A stretch of DNA of 64,000 nucleotides, from NCBI GenBank assembly GCA_037146775.1, contig JBAWWL010000002.1:198554-262553 (forward strand), in the 5' to 3' direction. Below the pieces are notes generated by a model. The model saw nothing but the letters and a program-made list of their open reading frames with translations, did no database searches and was not told where the DNA came from. The DNA comes from Candidatus Omnitrophota bacterium. Its GTDB lineage: Bacteria; Omnitrophota; Gorgyraeia; Duberdicusellales; 4484-171. Shown piece after piece: positions 39,733 through 50,830 of this stretch. Each line of letters opens with the position of its first letter. The stretch's first letter is position 1. The translations under genes and the position numbers were made by a program.

Positions 39733-40575
39733 ATGTTAAAGCGATACATATCAAAAAAAATAATCCAGACTTTACTGCTGTCTTGTATCTGTGGCATTCT
39801 TTGTATCTCCCAGGTACTCGCCGGTGATATTGTTATCTACGGAGATAGCCAGTTTAGTAATGATGCCCAGCGTAAAGTAGTAAGAGCTATCCTAGAATGC
39901 AAGCCCGCAATAGTTTTCCGGGTAGGGGATCTTACGGCAGACGGTCGCAGCCTAAAACAATGGGAAACCTTTCATAAAATCAATGATAAGCTTATACAAA
40001 GTAGCGAATACTTCCCCGCGCTTGGCAATCACGAATATAATTCTGCGCTCTATTTTAGTAATTTTAATCTAGCGCTTGATAAACGGTGGTATTCAGTCCA
40101 GCGCCAAGGCATCCATTTCATTGTCTTAGATAGCAATTCCAGCCTCGATAAAGATTCAGAGCAATACAAGTGGTTAGAGCGAGACTTAAGCAACGTCGGG
40201 AAAGATATCAAATTTCGTATTGCGCTCTTTCATCATCCGTTATTTGATACCGGCTGGCACAAGGAAGACGAGAAAGGGCTAAAGCCTGTTCTTATTCCTT
40301 TATTCGAGAAGTATGGTGTGTCTGTAGTGTTTTCCGGCCATGATCATAATTATCAGCGCTTTAGATATAATGGCATCTTTTATATTATTACCGGCGGAGG
40401 AGGAGCACCTCTTTATGGCCGCCTGCGTAAGAGTTCGTATCTTGAGAAATTCGCTCTCGCATATCATTTTTGTCTGTTGTCTGTAACAGATAATGTGCTG
40501 AAGATTAAAGTGCTTGATACTAAACTGCAAGTTCTTGACGAATTTGATATCAAAGAGAAAGTATATAGTCGATAG
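39733..40575 (+). CDS. Exported calcineurin-like metallophosphoesterase
   Basis: YGDSQ, VGDL, LGNHE, HHP and SGHDHNY motifs; ATG 39733 preferred. Confidence 0.88.
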   Translation: MLKRYISKKIIQTLLLSCICGILCISQVLAGDIVIYGDSQFSNDAQRKVVRAILECKPAIVFRVGDLTADGRSLKQWETFHKINDKLIQSSEYFPALGNHEYNSALYFSNFNLALDKRWYSVQRQGIHFIVLDSNSSLDKDSEQYKWLERDLSNVGKDIKFRIALFHHPLFDTGWHKEDEKGLKPVLIPLFEKYGVSVVFSGHDHNYQRFRYNGIFYIITGGGGAPLYGRLRKSSYLEKFALAYHFCLLSVTDNVLKIKVLDTKLQVLDEFDIKEKVYSR

Positions 40576-41030
40576 TATATAGTCGTGAGTATTGAGTACT
40601 GAGTATATAGTGGGGGAAGGACGTATATAGTATAGAGTACATAGTATATCGTAAACAAACTGGGCGGAGGGTAACGGGGAACTCGGTGGACGGTTGCGGT
40701 TACTCGCCTCGATTTGCTCGGCGAAGCGGGCGAAGCTCGTCTCGGTTACGTCTAACGGTAACGTTTTATAATAAACTCTAAACCAAAATATTTCAAACTC
40801 AAAACACTATTGTTTAGGATTTTGAATTTATGATTTTGGATTTGTTTAGGATTTAGTCCTTCGACTTCGCTCAGGACTAATGGCGAGCACAGTCGAACCA
40901 TTAGAGTTTTCCACCTCCATAATGCACTTATTATGGTGGATCCGCCTAAGTTTTAACGGTGGCGGAAGTGTTTAGGGTTTATTTACCACAACCTCACGAC
41001 TACATACTCTATACTACATACGACATATTA
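40561..41030. repeat. Composite repeat region (heptamer arrays, CGGTTA arrays, nested palindromes)
   Basis: TAGTATA array 40561-40650; 73-bp IR arm 40691-40763; AAACTC/TTTAGGA foldback 40770-40980 with inserted hairpins; complementary TACTACA array 40993-41030. Confidence 0.8.
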
Positions 41031-41047
41031 TCTCCCTACTGCAATGC

Positions 41048-41088
41048 TTGACAAGATAATCTGTTATGGTACTTTATTACCATAAACA
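41048..41088 (+). promoter_or_regulatory. Promoter with overlapping palindromic operator
   Basis: TTGACA at 41048; palindrome tgttatggta-ctttat-taccataaaca over the -10/+1 region upstream of an HTH-MNT gene. Confidence 0.55.
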
Positions 41089-41098
41089 TGGTGACAAT

Positions 41099-41644
41099 AT
41101 GATATCCTTACGTTCAAAAGTGGCAATAAAATTACTGGACTACTATTTTCTTAATCCGGATACTCATGCGTACATCAATGAATTGGCCAGGACATTAGAG
41201 CTTGATCCTAAAAATACCGAAACTAAACTTAAGGAATTTGAGAAAGAAGGCCTTTTTAAAAGCGAATTCCGCGGAAAAGAAAGATATTTCTTTCTCGCAA
41301 AGGATAACCCCGTTTTGGAGCATTACCGCCAGATTTTTCTAAAGACCTATGGTATAGAAAAGAGGCTTCAAGATATGCTGCGGGGGATTAAGGGGCTTAC
41401 GGAAGCATATCTATTCGGTTCATATGCAAGTAACAAGATGAACTCTTCAAGCGATATTGATATCCTAGCTATTGGCACGCACTCTGTTTTAGAATTGCAA
41501 AGATTCATCGCAAAATTGCAGAAAGATGTCGGTAGAGAATTCAATGTAACGAATTTAAACCTAAAGGAATTCGAGGCAAAGAAAAAATGTAAAAACCCTT
41601 TTATAAATAGCGTTTTTAAAACTAAGACTATAAGGCTTATATGA
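41099..41644 (+). CDS. wHTH + minimal nucleotidyltransferase (MNT antitoxin-like)
   Basis: YINELARTL HTH; FGSYAS...SDIDIL nucleotidyltransferase motif. Confidence 0.85.
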   Translation: MISLRSKVAIKLLDYYFLNPDTHAYINELARTLELDPKNTETKLKEFEKEGLFKSEFRGKERYFFLAKDNPVLEHYRQIFLKTYGIEKRLQDMLRGIKGLTEAYLFGSYASNKMNSSSDIDILAIGTHSVLELQRFIAKLQKDVGREFNVTNLNLKEFEAKKKCKNPFINSVFKTKTIRLI

Positions 41645-42039
41645 TTAATTTTGAAAGTCAATACTTTCAGAAACTGGCATTTAAAAAGGAGCAAATTGAC
41701 CAATTCGTAAGGTCCGCCCTTCATGATCTTAAGATAGCTCAAAATTCGGATATTGTGGATGTTATCTTTAAGTTCAGTTACGATGCGCTCATAAAATTAG
41801 GTATTGCGCTCATTGCTAAGAAAGGGTACAAAATAAGGAGCACAATCGGTCATCATGTTAAGATACTTGAGAAACTGAGCCAAATACTTGGAGAAGAGGA
41901 TGTCCTCGTGCTTGGCAATAAGATGAGACAGGAACGTAATGTTAATCTTTATGATGGCGGTTTCTTTATTGGAGAGAAAGACAGCCGCGAATATTTGGAT
42001 TTTGTAAAGAAAGTTTTTAAGAAAGCAAGCATAGAATAG
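41641..42039 (+). CDS. HEPN-like protein (putative toxin partner)
   Basis: Helical; SYDAL, GHH and MRQERNVNLY pattern; ATGA-coupled to the MNT gene. Confidence 0.7.
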   Translation: MINFESQYFQKLAFKKEQIDQFVRSALHDLKIAQNSDIVDVIFKFSYDALIKLGIALIAKKGYKIRSTIGHHVKILEKLSQILGEEDVLVLGNKMRQERNVNLYDGGFFIGEKDSREYLDFVKKVFKKASIE

Positions 42040-42079
42040 TTAGCAAGCACCAACAAGCATTCTTTAATTTTTCTCCCCT

Positions 42080-42291
42080 TACTATGTACGACATACTCTG
42101 TACTACATACTTTTTTATGTTTAATTTTTCTCCCTCCCATTATCTTTTCCCCGGTTTCAATTTTTAATATTTAATTTTTCTTTTACTCTATACTCATTAC
42201 TCAATGCTCACGACTACATACTATGTACTACATACTCCATGCTACCCATTATTGCCTAATAACCTACCAACATAATAACCTATCAACCATT
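42080..42291. repeat. Repeat block (TACTACA heptamers plus ACCAACAT/ATCAACCT octamers)
   Basis: 42185-42235 is an imperfect reverse complement of 40561-40611; 42243-42291 is repeated directly at 45646-45694. Confidence 0.8.
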
Positions 42292-42308
42292 CCAGCTTTC
42301 ATGTTCTC

Positions 42309-42337
42309 TTGACAAAAAGCTACCGTTTATTTACAAT
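42309..42337 (+). promoter_or_regulatory. Strong sigma70-type promoter
   Basis: TTGACA-17 bp-TACAAT. Confidence 0.7.
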
Positions 42338-42347
42338 AAACTCCAAC

Positions 42348-42489
42348 AAGGAAGAACAGGTTCTCATGCCGGGTCATTAAATGGAACTGCTGCGTTTCGT
42401 AACAGTTCCTAAATTGGCAGTAGCTTCATGCTACGGGACTTCCTTCAGTTTCAGGTGCCCGGTTTATATATGAGAACAAGTTTTTCCTT
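42348..42489 (+). ncRNA. Unclassified structured RNA candidate (leader/riboswitch or 6S-like)
   Basis: Nested pairings aaggaagaac/gtttttcctt, gttctcat/atgagaac, gccggg/cccggt; inner hairpins ggaactg/cagttcc and gtagc/gctac; follows a promoter and ends in a U-tract. Confidence 0.55.
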
Positions 42490-42597
42490 TTTATTTTTTA
42501 TCCGCCTTGGTGTAGAAAACTGCAGATATTCATCTTAGCTTTTGCTTGGTGAAGCGGATAAGTTCGTGGAGTTTCATTTAAGTTATTGGTGCAATCT

Positions 42598-45177
<2,580 letters not shown>

Positions 45178-45349
45178 AAGAGTGCTTAATATAATAACTA
45201 AAATGGAGTATGCTCCATTATGGTAATACTAATATGGAGGGTGTTTTTACGGGCACTGTGGTCCGGGAAAATAATTTAAGTAGAGGATAGCTGTCCCAAC
45301 CTTTTCTGCATATCAATTCGCTAATCCTTTAACCCTTCCTGTCCTTATA

Positions 45350-45694
45350 TATCCATTTTTAATATTTGATATTTAATATTTAATTTTTCTCCCCCCTTCT
45401 TGCCTAATAACCTATCAACATACCAACCTATCAACCTATATCCTTTTCCCCCCCCTGCTATGTACTACATACGCCATACTACATACGATCTTTCTTTATG
45501 TTTCGCACACGTCATCCGTTATGATGTATGAGCCGTTGCCGCTAAACGTAACCGATACGAGCTTCGCCTGCTTCGCCGAGGGAATCGAGGCGAGTAACCG
45601 TAACCGTTCGCCAAGCTTGCCTACTATGTAATCTATACTCCGTACTACCCATTATTGCCTACTAACCTATCAACATACTCACCTATTAACCATT
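45350..45694. repeat. Second composite repeat block
   Basis: TTTAATA heptamers, ATCAACCT octamers, TACTACA heptamers, and 45534-45606 = inverted copy of 40691-40763 (65/73 by eye). Confidence 0.8.
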
Positions 45695-45717
45695 ATAGTT
45701 AATTCATAAAAAAACTA

Positions 45718-45746
45718 TTGACATCTTTTTATATAATGTTAAATTA
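45718..45746 (+). promoter_or_regulatory. Probable promoter of the polysaccharide locus
   Basis: TTGACA at 45718, followed by an AT-rich spacer and TGnTAAATT-type -10; ~170-nt leader follows. Confidence 0.5.
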
Positions 45747-45919
45747 AAGTAACGGTTTTTTTTAATGAGGCAGCAACTTTTCAAGCCTATAGGCAAAGAA
45801 AAATTGCTTAGCCGAATTAATCCGACGAGGCTGCTAAAATTATGGTAGAGGATTTTAGCGTATGTAAGTCCGAGTCGGGATATGTACAGAAATTATATTA
45901 AGGATAAAAAAGGAGGGGT

Positions 45920-46534
45920 GTGATGATAAAGGGTAATTTAAGGATTGGTTTTGTTTTCTTGTTTGCTTTACTTCTTACCGTAAGCGCTGTGTATGCAGAA
46001 ATTAATCTTTCCACTTCCGGCGGAAAGTTAGGTATTAAAGCCGCAGGTAAAACTACTAATTTAGATAGTAATACCACTGAAACCACCGTTTCCGATTCAT
46101 CAGGAGCAAAAGTTGATATAAATTATAATGCCGCAGAAGGTACTGCTAGTTTAGCTTCTAGCACAGGCACCGCCACCCTCACGTATAATATCGCAAAAAT
46201 ATTTTTAGATAACGGTGAATCTGCTGACGTAGGCCCTACCGGCCCATACGGAAGTTTTTATATTACCAATACTTCAGGTGAGGGAAAGATTGTTGTAATA
46301 TTCCCCGACAACTCGAAAATCACCATGCCTCCAAGTGCGAAAGTTTCTCTCACTTTTCTTGCTGACGACAATTTTAATTTAAAAGTATTAGAGGGAACGG
46401 TTGAATATGTTGACGCGAAAGGTAACGCGCAGATGCTAACGCCAAACTCTCCTGCGATATTCGTAAAGGGTTTCGGCCAGGTTCCTGGCTGGCGTAGCAT
46501 TGAACCTGACAGGTTACATCCTGCAACCCCATAG
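45920..46534 (+). CDS. Exported beta-rich protein with FecR-like segment
   Basis: RBS AGGAGG; signal peptide; FPDNSKITM...LKVLEGTV pattern. Confidence 0.55.
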   Translation: MMIKGNLRIGFVFLFALLLTVSAVYAEINLSTSGGKLGIKAAGKTTNLDSNTTETTVSDSSGAKVDINYNAAEGTASLASSTGTATLTYNIAKIFLDNGESADVGPTGPYGSFYITNTSGEGKIVVIFPDNSKITMPPSAKVSLTFLADDNFNLKVLEGTVEYVDAKGNAQMLTPNSPAIFVKGFGQVPGWRSIEPDRLHPATP

Positions 46535-46591
46535 TTTATTATTTTGTAATTTGAATTTTGTTATTTGTCATTACCAAAGAGGAGGATGAAC

Positions 46592-47764
46592 GTGGAAAAG
46601 ATGAAGTTAAGTAAATGTTTTATCGTAGTGGCTGTTTTATTATTGCTCGTTGCGCCTTATGCCCGTGCAGAATTTATGGTTAAGCCTGTTAGGGGCACTC
46701 TGCTGGTTTCTGAAGGCATGCTTTATAATAGTAACCCTGGCTATGCTGATGTTGGTGCCCGCGAACATGACTGGGCAAACCAGATGTCTGCAGGGTTATC
46801 TCTTGAAGTTCCTTTTGGCCAGATCCATAAATACACCCTTAATTCAAACACCACATGGATTAAATATTTTACCAATCATAAGTTTAACCAAGTTAATAAT
46901 AATCTTACTCATTCTGTGGATTTTACTTTTAACCGCTGGGCGTTGAATATTCATCAGAATTTTGATGCTAGCTCTGTGCCTGATACTAACGAAATGCCTA
47001 TTGTTTCAAAAGAACTTCTTCGTAAACGTATAAATGCTCCTGGTTTTGCTGTCAGGGGAGATTTAGGTAAACTTAAATTATCCGGCGGTTTTGATTACCA
47101 AGATTATGATACAAACGATGAATATAAAATATTACAGAGAAAAACTTATACACCTTACCTAGAAGGTGCCATGCAGATAACCCCGCTTCTTGATGGTTTT
47201 ATGCGTTATACCTATACTCGCACAATTCGAGCTGAGAATGTGTTAAACAATAGCCATGGTAATGATGTCAAGGTTGGTTTACGTGGAAACTTAACCCCTT
47301 ATCTTACCGGTGAAGTAGGGATTGGCTATGACTGGACTGATTTTAGTCAATCTGGTACTACCGGTGATCAAAGTAATTATCATGGTCTTGTTTACTCAGG
47401 AGGCCTTACTAATCGCCTGTCAAAACACACCACACAAAAGATTTCTTTCTCGCTTGAACCGGAACAAGGTTACAGCGATGCTAACTACTATAAGTGTTGG
47501 ACCACAGAATATATGCTTTCCCATACTTTAAATACCAAAGTTGACGTGAACGCTTCTGTGGGGTATATTCTTAGCAATGAGTCAGGACATGCTTACGATA
47601 TGGAAAAGTCAAATATTTGGCAGTTTGGCACCGGCTTTAATTATCATTTGGCCAAAAATTCAGATTTAGTAGTGGGTTATAATTTTAGTGATAAAAGTTC
47701 TAACAGGCCCGGTAAAAATTACAAACAACACGCTCTCTCTACGAGCGTAAATTACCGATTCTAA
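46592..47764 (+). CDS. Outer-membrane beta-barrel of EPS loci (EpsL/BBP2-like)
   Basis: Signal peptide, alternating beta strands, C-terminal YRF; precedes wza; start taken after RBS GGAGG. Confidence 0.75.
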   Translation: MEKMKLSKCFIVVAVLLLLVAPYARAEFMVKPVRGTLLVSEGMLYNSNPGYADVGAREHDWANQMSAGLSLEVPFGQIHKYTLNSNTTWIKYFTNHKFNQVNNNLTHSVDFTFNRWALNIHQNFDASSVPDTNEMPIVSKELLRKRINAPGFAVRGDLGKLKLSGGFDYQDYDTNDEYKILQRKTYTPYLEGAMQITPLLDGFMRYTYTRTIRAENVLNNSHGNDVKVGLRGNLTPYLTGEVGIGYDWTDFSQSGTTGDQSNYHGLVYSGGLTNRLSKHTTQKISFSLEPEQGYSDANYYKCWTTEYMLSHTLNTKVDVNASVGYILSNESGHAYDMEKSNIWQFGTGFNYHLAKNSDLVVGYNFSDKSSNRPGKNYKQHALSTSVNYRF

Positions 47765-47851
47765 ACCCGATTCGGAGTATATGCAGAAAACGCCACTGGA
47801 TATGTTTGTGGCATCTACTTGTCTTCGTTTCGATTAAACTAATAAAAACTA

Positions 47852-48529
47852 ATGCAAGGTTTCTACTACGTGAGAGATTTTTGTTTGAAAATTTTTACCT
47901 ACCTTTTTCTAGGAATAATAGTTCTATATAGTTTAACTTATTTCCTGCCTATTTCTGTTTTTGCCCAAGCTGAGCAAAAACCCAGCCAGGTTATCGCAAA
48001 AGGCGATAAGCTAACCATAAAAGTTTTAGAGCAAGAAGATTTAAACGGAGCATATACAGTTTCTTCCGAGGGTGCAATAGAATTCCCTCTTATCAATGAA
48101 CGCATTCCTGCCGTAGGTCTTACTTATGATGAGCTCGCCCAAAAAATCAAAGAAAAGTTAGAAGAAAAATATTTCTATAAAGCGACAGTCATTGTTTCTG
48201 CTTTTACCGGCGAAGAAATTCGTACTAACAATGCATCTTCTGTTGGAGGAGTTATATATGTATATGGAATGGTGGGTAATCCTGGCGCAATTAATATTCC
48301 GGAAGGAGAAGTGCTGACGGTAAGTAAAGTACTTATTCGTTGTGGCGGATTTAAGGATTTTGCTAATAAAGGAAGAATAAAACTTATTAGAAAATCTCAA
48401 GCAACCGGTAAAGCTCAGATTACTTATCTGAACATGGTAGATATTATAGATAAAGGAAAAGTCGAAAAAGATATTGTAGTACGCGATGGCGATTTAATCG
48501 TAGTTCCTGAGAAATTTTTTAATTTTTAA
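47852..48529 (+). CDS. wza: Polysaccharide export protein (Poly_export + SLBB)
   Basis: GDKLTIKV, GAIEFPLI, VYGMVGNPG, GGFKDFA and DGDLIVVP motifs. Confidence 0.85.
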   Translation: MQGFYYVRDFCLKIFTYLFLGIIVLYSLTYFLPISVFAQAEQKPSQVIAKGDKLTIKVLEQEDLNGAYTVSSEGAIEFPLINERIPAVGLTYDELAQKIKEKLEEKYFYKATVIVSAFTGEEIRTNNASSVGGVIYVYGMVGNPGAINIPEGEVLTVSKVLIRCGGFKDFANKGRIKLIRKSQATGKAQITYLNMVDIIDKGKVEKDIVVRDGDLIVVPEKFFNF

Positions 48530-48551
48530 TTATATTTAATAAAAATTTAAT

Positions 48552-50825
48552 ATGCATTTGCCAGAAGATAATATACTTATAAGTAAGATTGATTTTAAAC
48601 AATATTTAGAAATACTTCTTAACCGCAAAGACGTATTTATTATTTCTGTATTAGTGTGTTTGATTGTGGGGACAGGTTTTGTTTTGGCAACGAAGCCAAC
48701 CTATCGAGCATCGGCGCAACTGCAGGTTAATACCGGCGTTAACATGCCCATTGCTTCTTCTGTTTATCGAGATAGGCCCGAAGATTACTACTATCTTTCT
48801 AACCAAATAGAGCTTTTACAGGGCAAAACCCTGAAAGATAATGTGTTGAGCGCTCTTTCGTCGTGGGTAGATAAGGTTCCAAAGAAATTTTTGGAACCAA
48901 AGCTTAAAGTTGAAACCGCACGTGGTAATGTTATCTCTATATTGGCAGATAGCCCTTATAAGGAATACGCCTTAGCTTATGTTGAAACGTTGATGAAGGA
49001 ATATATGACCTTTAAGACAGGGCAAAAGGAAAAAAGTTCAAGCTTTGCTCTTTCAAATCTTACAAAGCAGGCCAGCCAGTTAAATGATAAGATTACCGGT
49101 ATGCAGAAAGAAATTCTTAAATTTAAAGAACAGCATAATGATATTTTACTTGATGATTATGGTAACTTTTCAAACAGTTATCTCATGACTTTGACTCGGA
49201 AACAATCCGAGATAAGGTCAGAGATGATTTTAATTGAAAAGAAGATCCAGGCGTTAGAAGGGAGCGAAGATCCTTCTTTCTGGATTTCTGTCATTGATGA
49301 TATACAGCGTGGTACCGTGACGCCGACTATTTCAAAGGAGGCTCAGCCGGAAGCAACGCTTAGTTCCATGCCGAGTACCAACTCTAAATTTTACGGTCAA
49401 GGTAAAACCGGAACCCCCAGTCAGTCGGTTAATAGCATTCAAGTTGAACAACTTCCTTTTGTTTTTATTCTTGAAAAAGAACAAAGTAAATATTGGCAAG
49501 ACTTAAAAGTTCGTTACGGAAAATTAAAATCCGAATATGCTCGGATAGCGAAGCTATATAAGCCCGAGCATCCTTACTTAAAACAGGTATCCGATGACTT
49601 AAGTACAGTAAAGCGAGACATGGCATCAGAAGTTGGCTCATTACTTGAGAAATTTAAGGCAAAATATGAAGGGCTAAAACTCGAAGAGCAAGCCGTAGAT
49701 GAAGAGTTAAAACGTTGGCAATCCACATCCCTAACTTCGTCTTCAGTGGTAAACCAATTTTCGGCGCTTAAAGATGAAGAACTCAGGTTGAAGAAATTAT
49801 ATCAGGCGCTTGTGGACAGGATAGAAGAAATATCAGTAACCTCTGATTTTGGTCTTGAAACTGTCCAGATAGTTCAGAACCCGCGGGTTGATCGGCTTCC
49901 TTTTAAAAAACTATTTAATCTCTTAATGGTTATTGTTGTAAGTTTCATGGGTGGATGCGGAGTCGTTTTTGCGGTCGAGTATTTAGATGATTCAATAAAA
50001 TCTTCCGATGATTTAAGAAAATATACAGGATTGGCTGCCCTCGGTATGGTTAATGCTATAGATTGGAATCAGGGTGATGTTGCAGGACACAAAATTACAT
50101 TTTTAAAGGATAGTCATGTTGTGGAGGCGTACCGCTCTATACGTACTAATATTCTTTTAGCCAAGCCCGAAAGCGTTCTTAAAACTATCTTAATTACGAG
50201 TGCGGTTCCATCAGAGGGTAAAACTACCTCTTCGGTGAATACTGCTATAGTGTTAGCGCAAAGTGGGCTTAAAGTACTTTTGATTGACGCGGATATGCGG
50301 CGTCCTACTATCCATAAGGTTTTTAGTCTCAAAGATAAAAATGGATTATCCGCTGTTCTTGCAGAAACTGAGTCATTTGATAGTTGTGTGCAAAAAACTG
50401 ATGTGGAGAATCTGGATTTGTTGCCGGCAGGCCATATTGTGAGTGATCCTCCTAAACTACTTCACGCGAGCAAAATAAAAGAATTATTCCAAGCTCTTTG
50501 TAAGCGCTACGATAGAATAATTATTGACAGTGCCCCTGTGCTAACCGTTACCGATAGTGTTATCTTGAGCGATCTAGTTGATGGAATAATATTTGTTGTT
50601 TATGGTGGTAAAACCTCAAGGCTTGCTCTTATTAGGGCAAAAGAAGTATTGTTAACAAATTCTACTAAAATATTTGGCACAATTATCAATAATCTATCGA
50701 TTAAGAAAATGTCTGGTTATTACTATTCGTATTATGGGTATAAATATAAATACCACTATGGTTACGGTAAAGAGAATTCTTCGAGCAAAAAAGAAGATAA
50801 AAAGACCGAAGAGGTAATATTGTAA
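48552..50825 (+). CDS. wzc: Polysaccharide co-polymerase / BY-kinase
   Basis: Two TM segments, coiled coil, PSEGKTT Walker A, IDADMRRP, IIIDSAP and a C-terminal Tyr cluster. Confidence 0.9.
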   Translation: MHLPEDNILISKIDFKQYLEILLNRKDVFIISVLVCLIVGTGFVLATKPTYRASAQLQVNTGVNMPIASSVYRDRPEDYYYLSNQIELLQGKTLKDNVLSALSSWVDKVPKKFLEPKLKVETARGNVISILADSPYKEYALAYVETLMKEYMTFKTGQKEKSSSFALSNLTKQASQLNDKITGMQKEILKFKEQHNDILLDDYGNFSNSYLMTLTRKQSEIRSEMILIEKKIQALEGSEDPSFWISVIDDIQRGTVTPTISKEAQPEATLSSMPSTNSKFYGQGKTGTPSQSVNSIQVEQLPFVFILEKEQSKYWQDLKVRYGKLKSEYARIAKLYKPEHPYLKQVSDDLSTVKRDMASEVGSLLEKFKAKYEGLKLEEQAVDEELKRWQSTSLTSSSVVNQFSALKDEELRLKKLYQALVDRIEEISVTSDFGLETVQIVQNPRVDRLPFKKLFNLLMVIVVSFMGGCGVVFAVEYLDDSIKSSDDLRKYTGLAALGMVNAIDWNQGDVAGHKITFLKDSHVVEAYRSIRTNILLAKPESVLKTILITSAVPSEGKTTSSVNTAIVLAQSGLKVLLIDADMRRPTIHKVFSLKDKNGLSAVLAETESFDSCVQKTDVENLDLLPAGHIVSDPPKLLHASKIKELFQALCKRYDRIIIDSAPVLTVTDSVILSDLVDGIIFVVYGGKTSRLALIRAKEVLLTNSTKIFGTIINNLSIKKMSGYYYSYYGYKYKYHYGYGKENSSSKKEDKKTEEVIL

Positions 50826-50830
50826 ACTGT

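Noticed and set aside
45820-45885. glmS ribozyme or c-di-GMP/c-di-AMP riboswitch
   Set aside because: Only fragments (GACGAGG, GGCAAA) match; the remaining consensus elements are missing.
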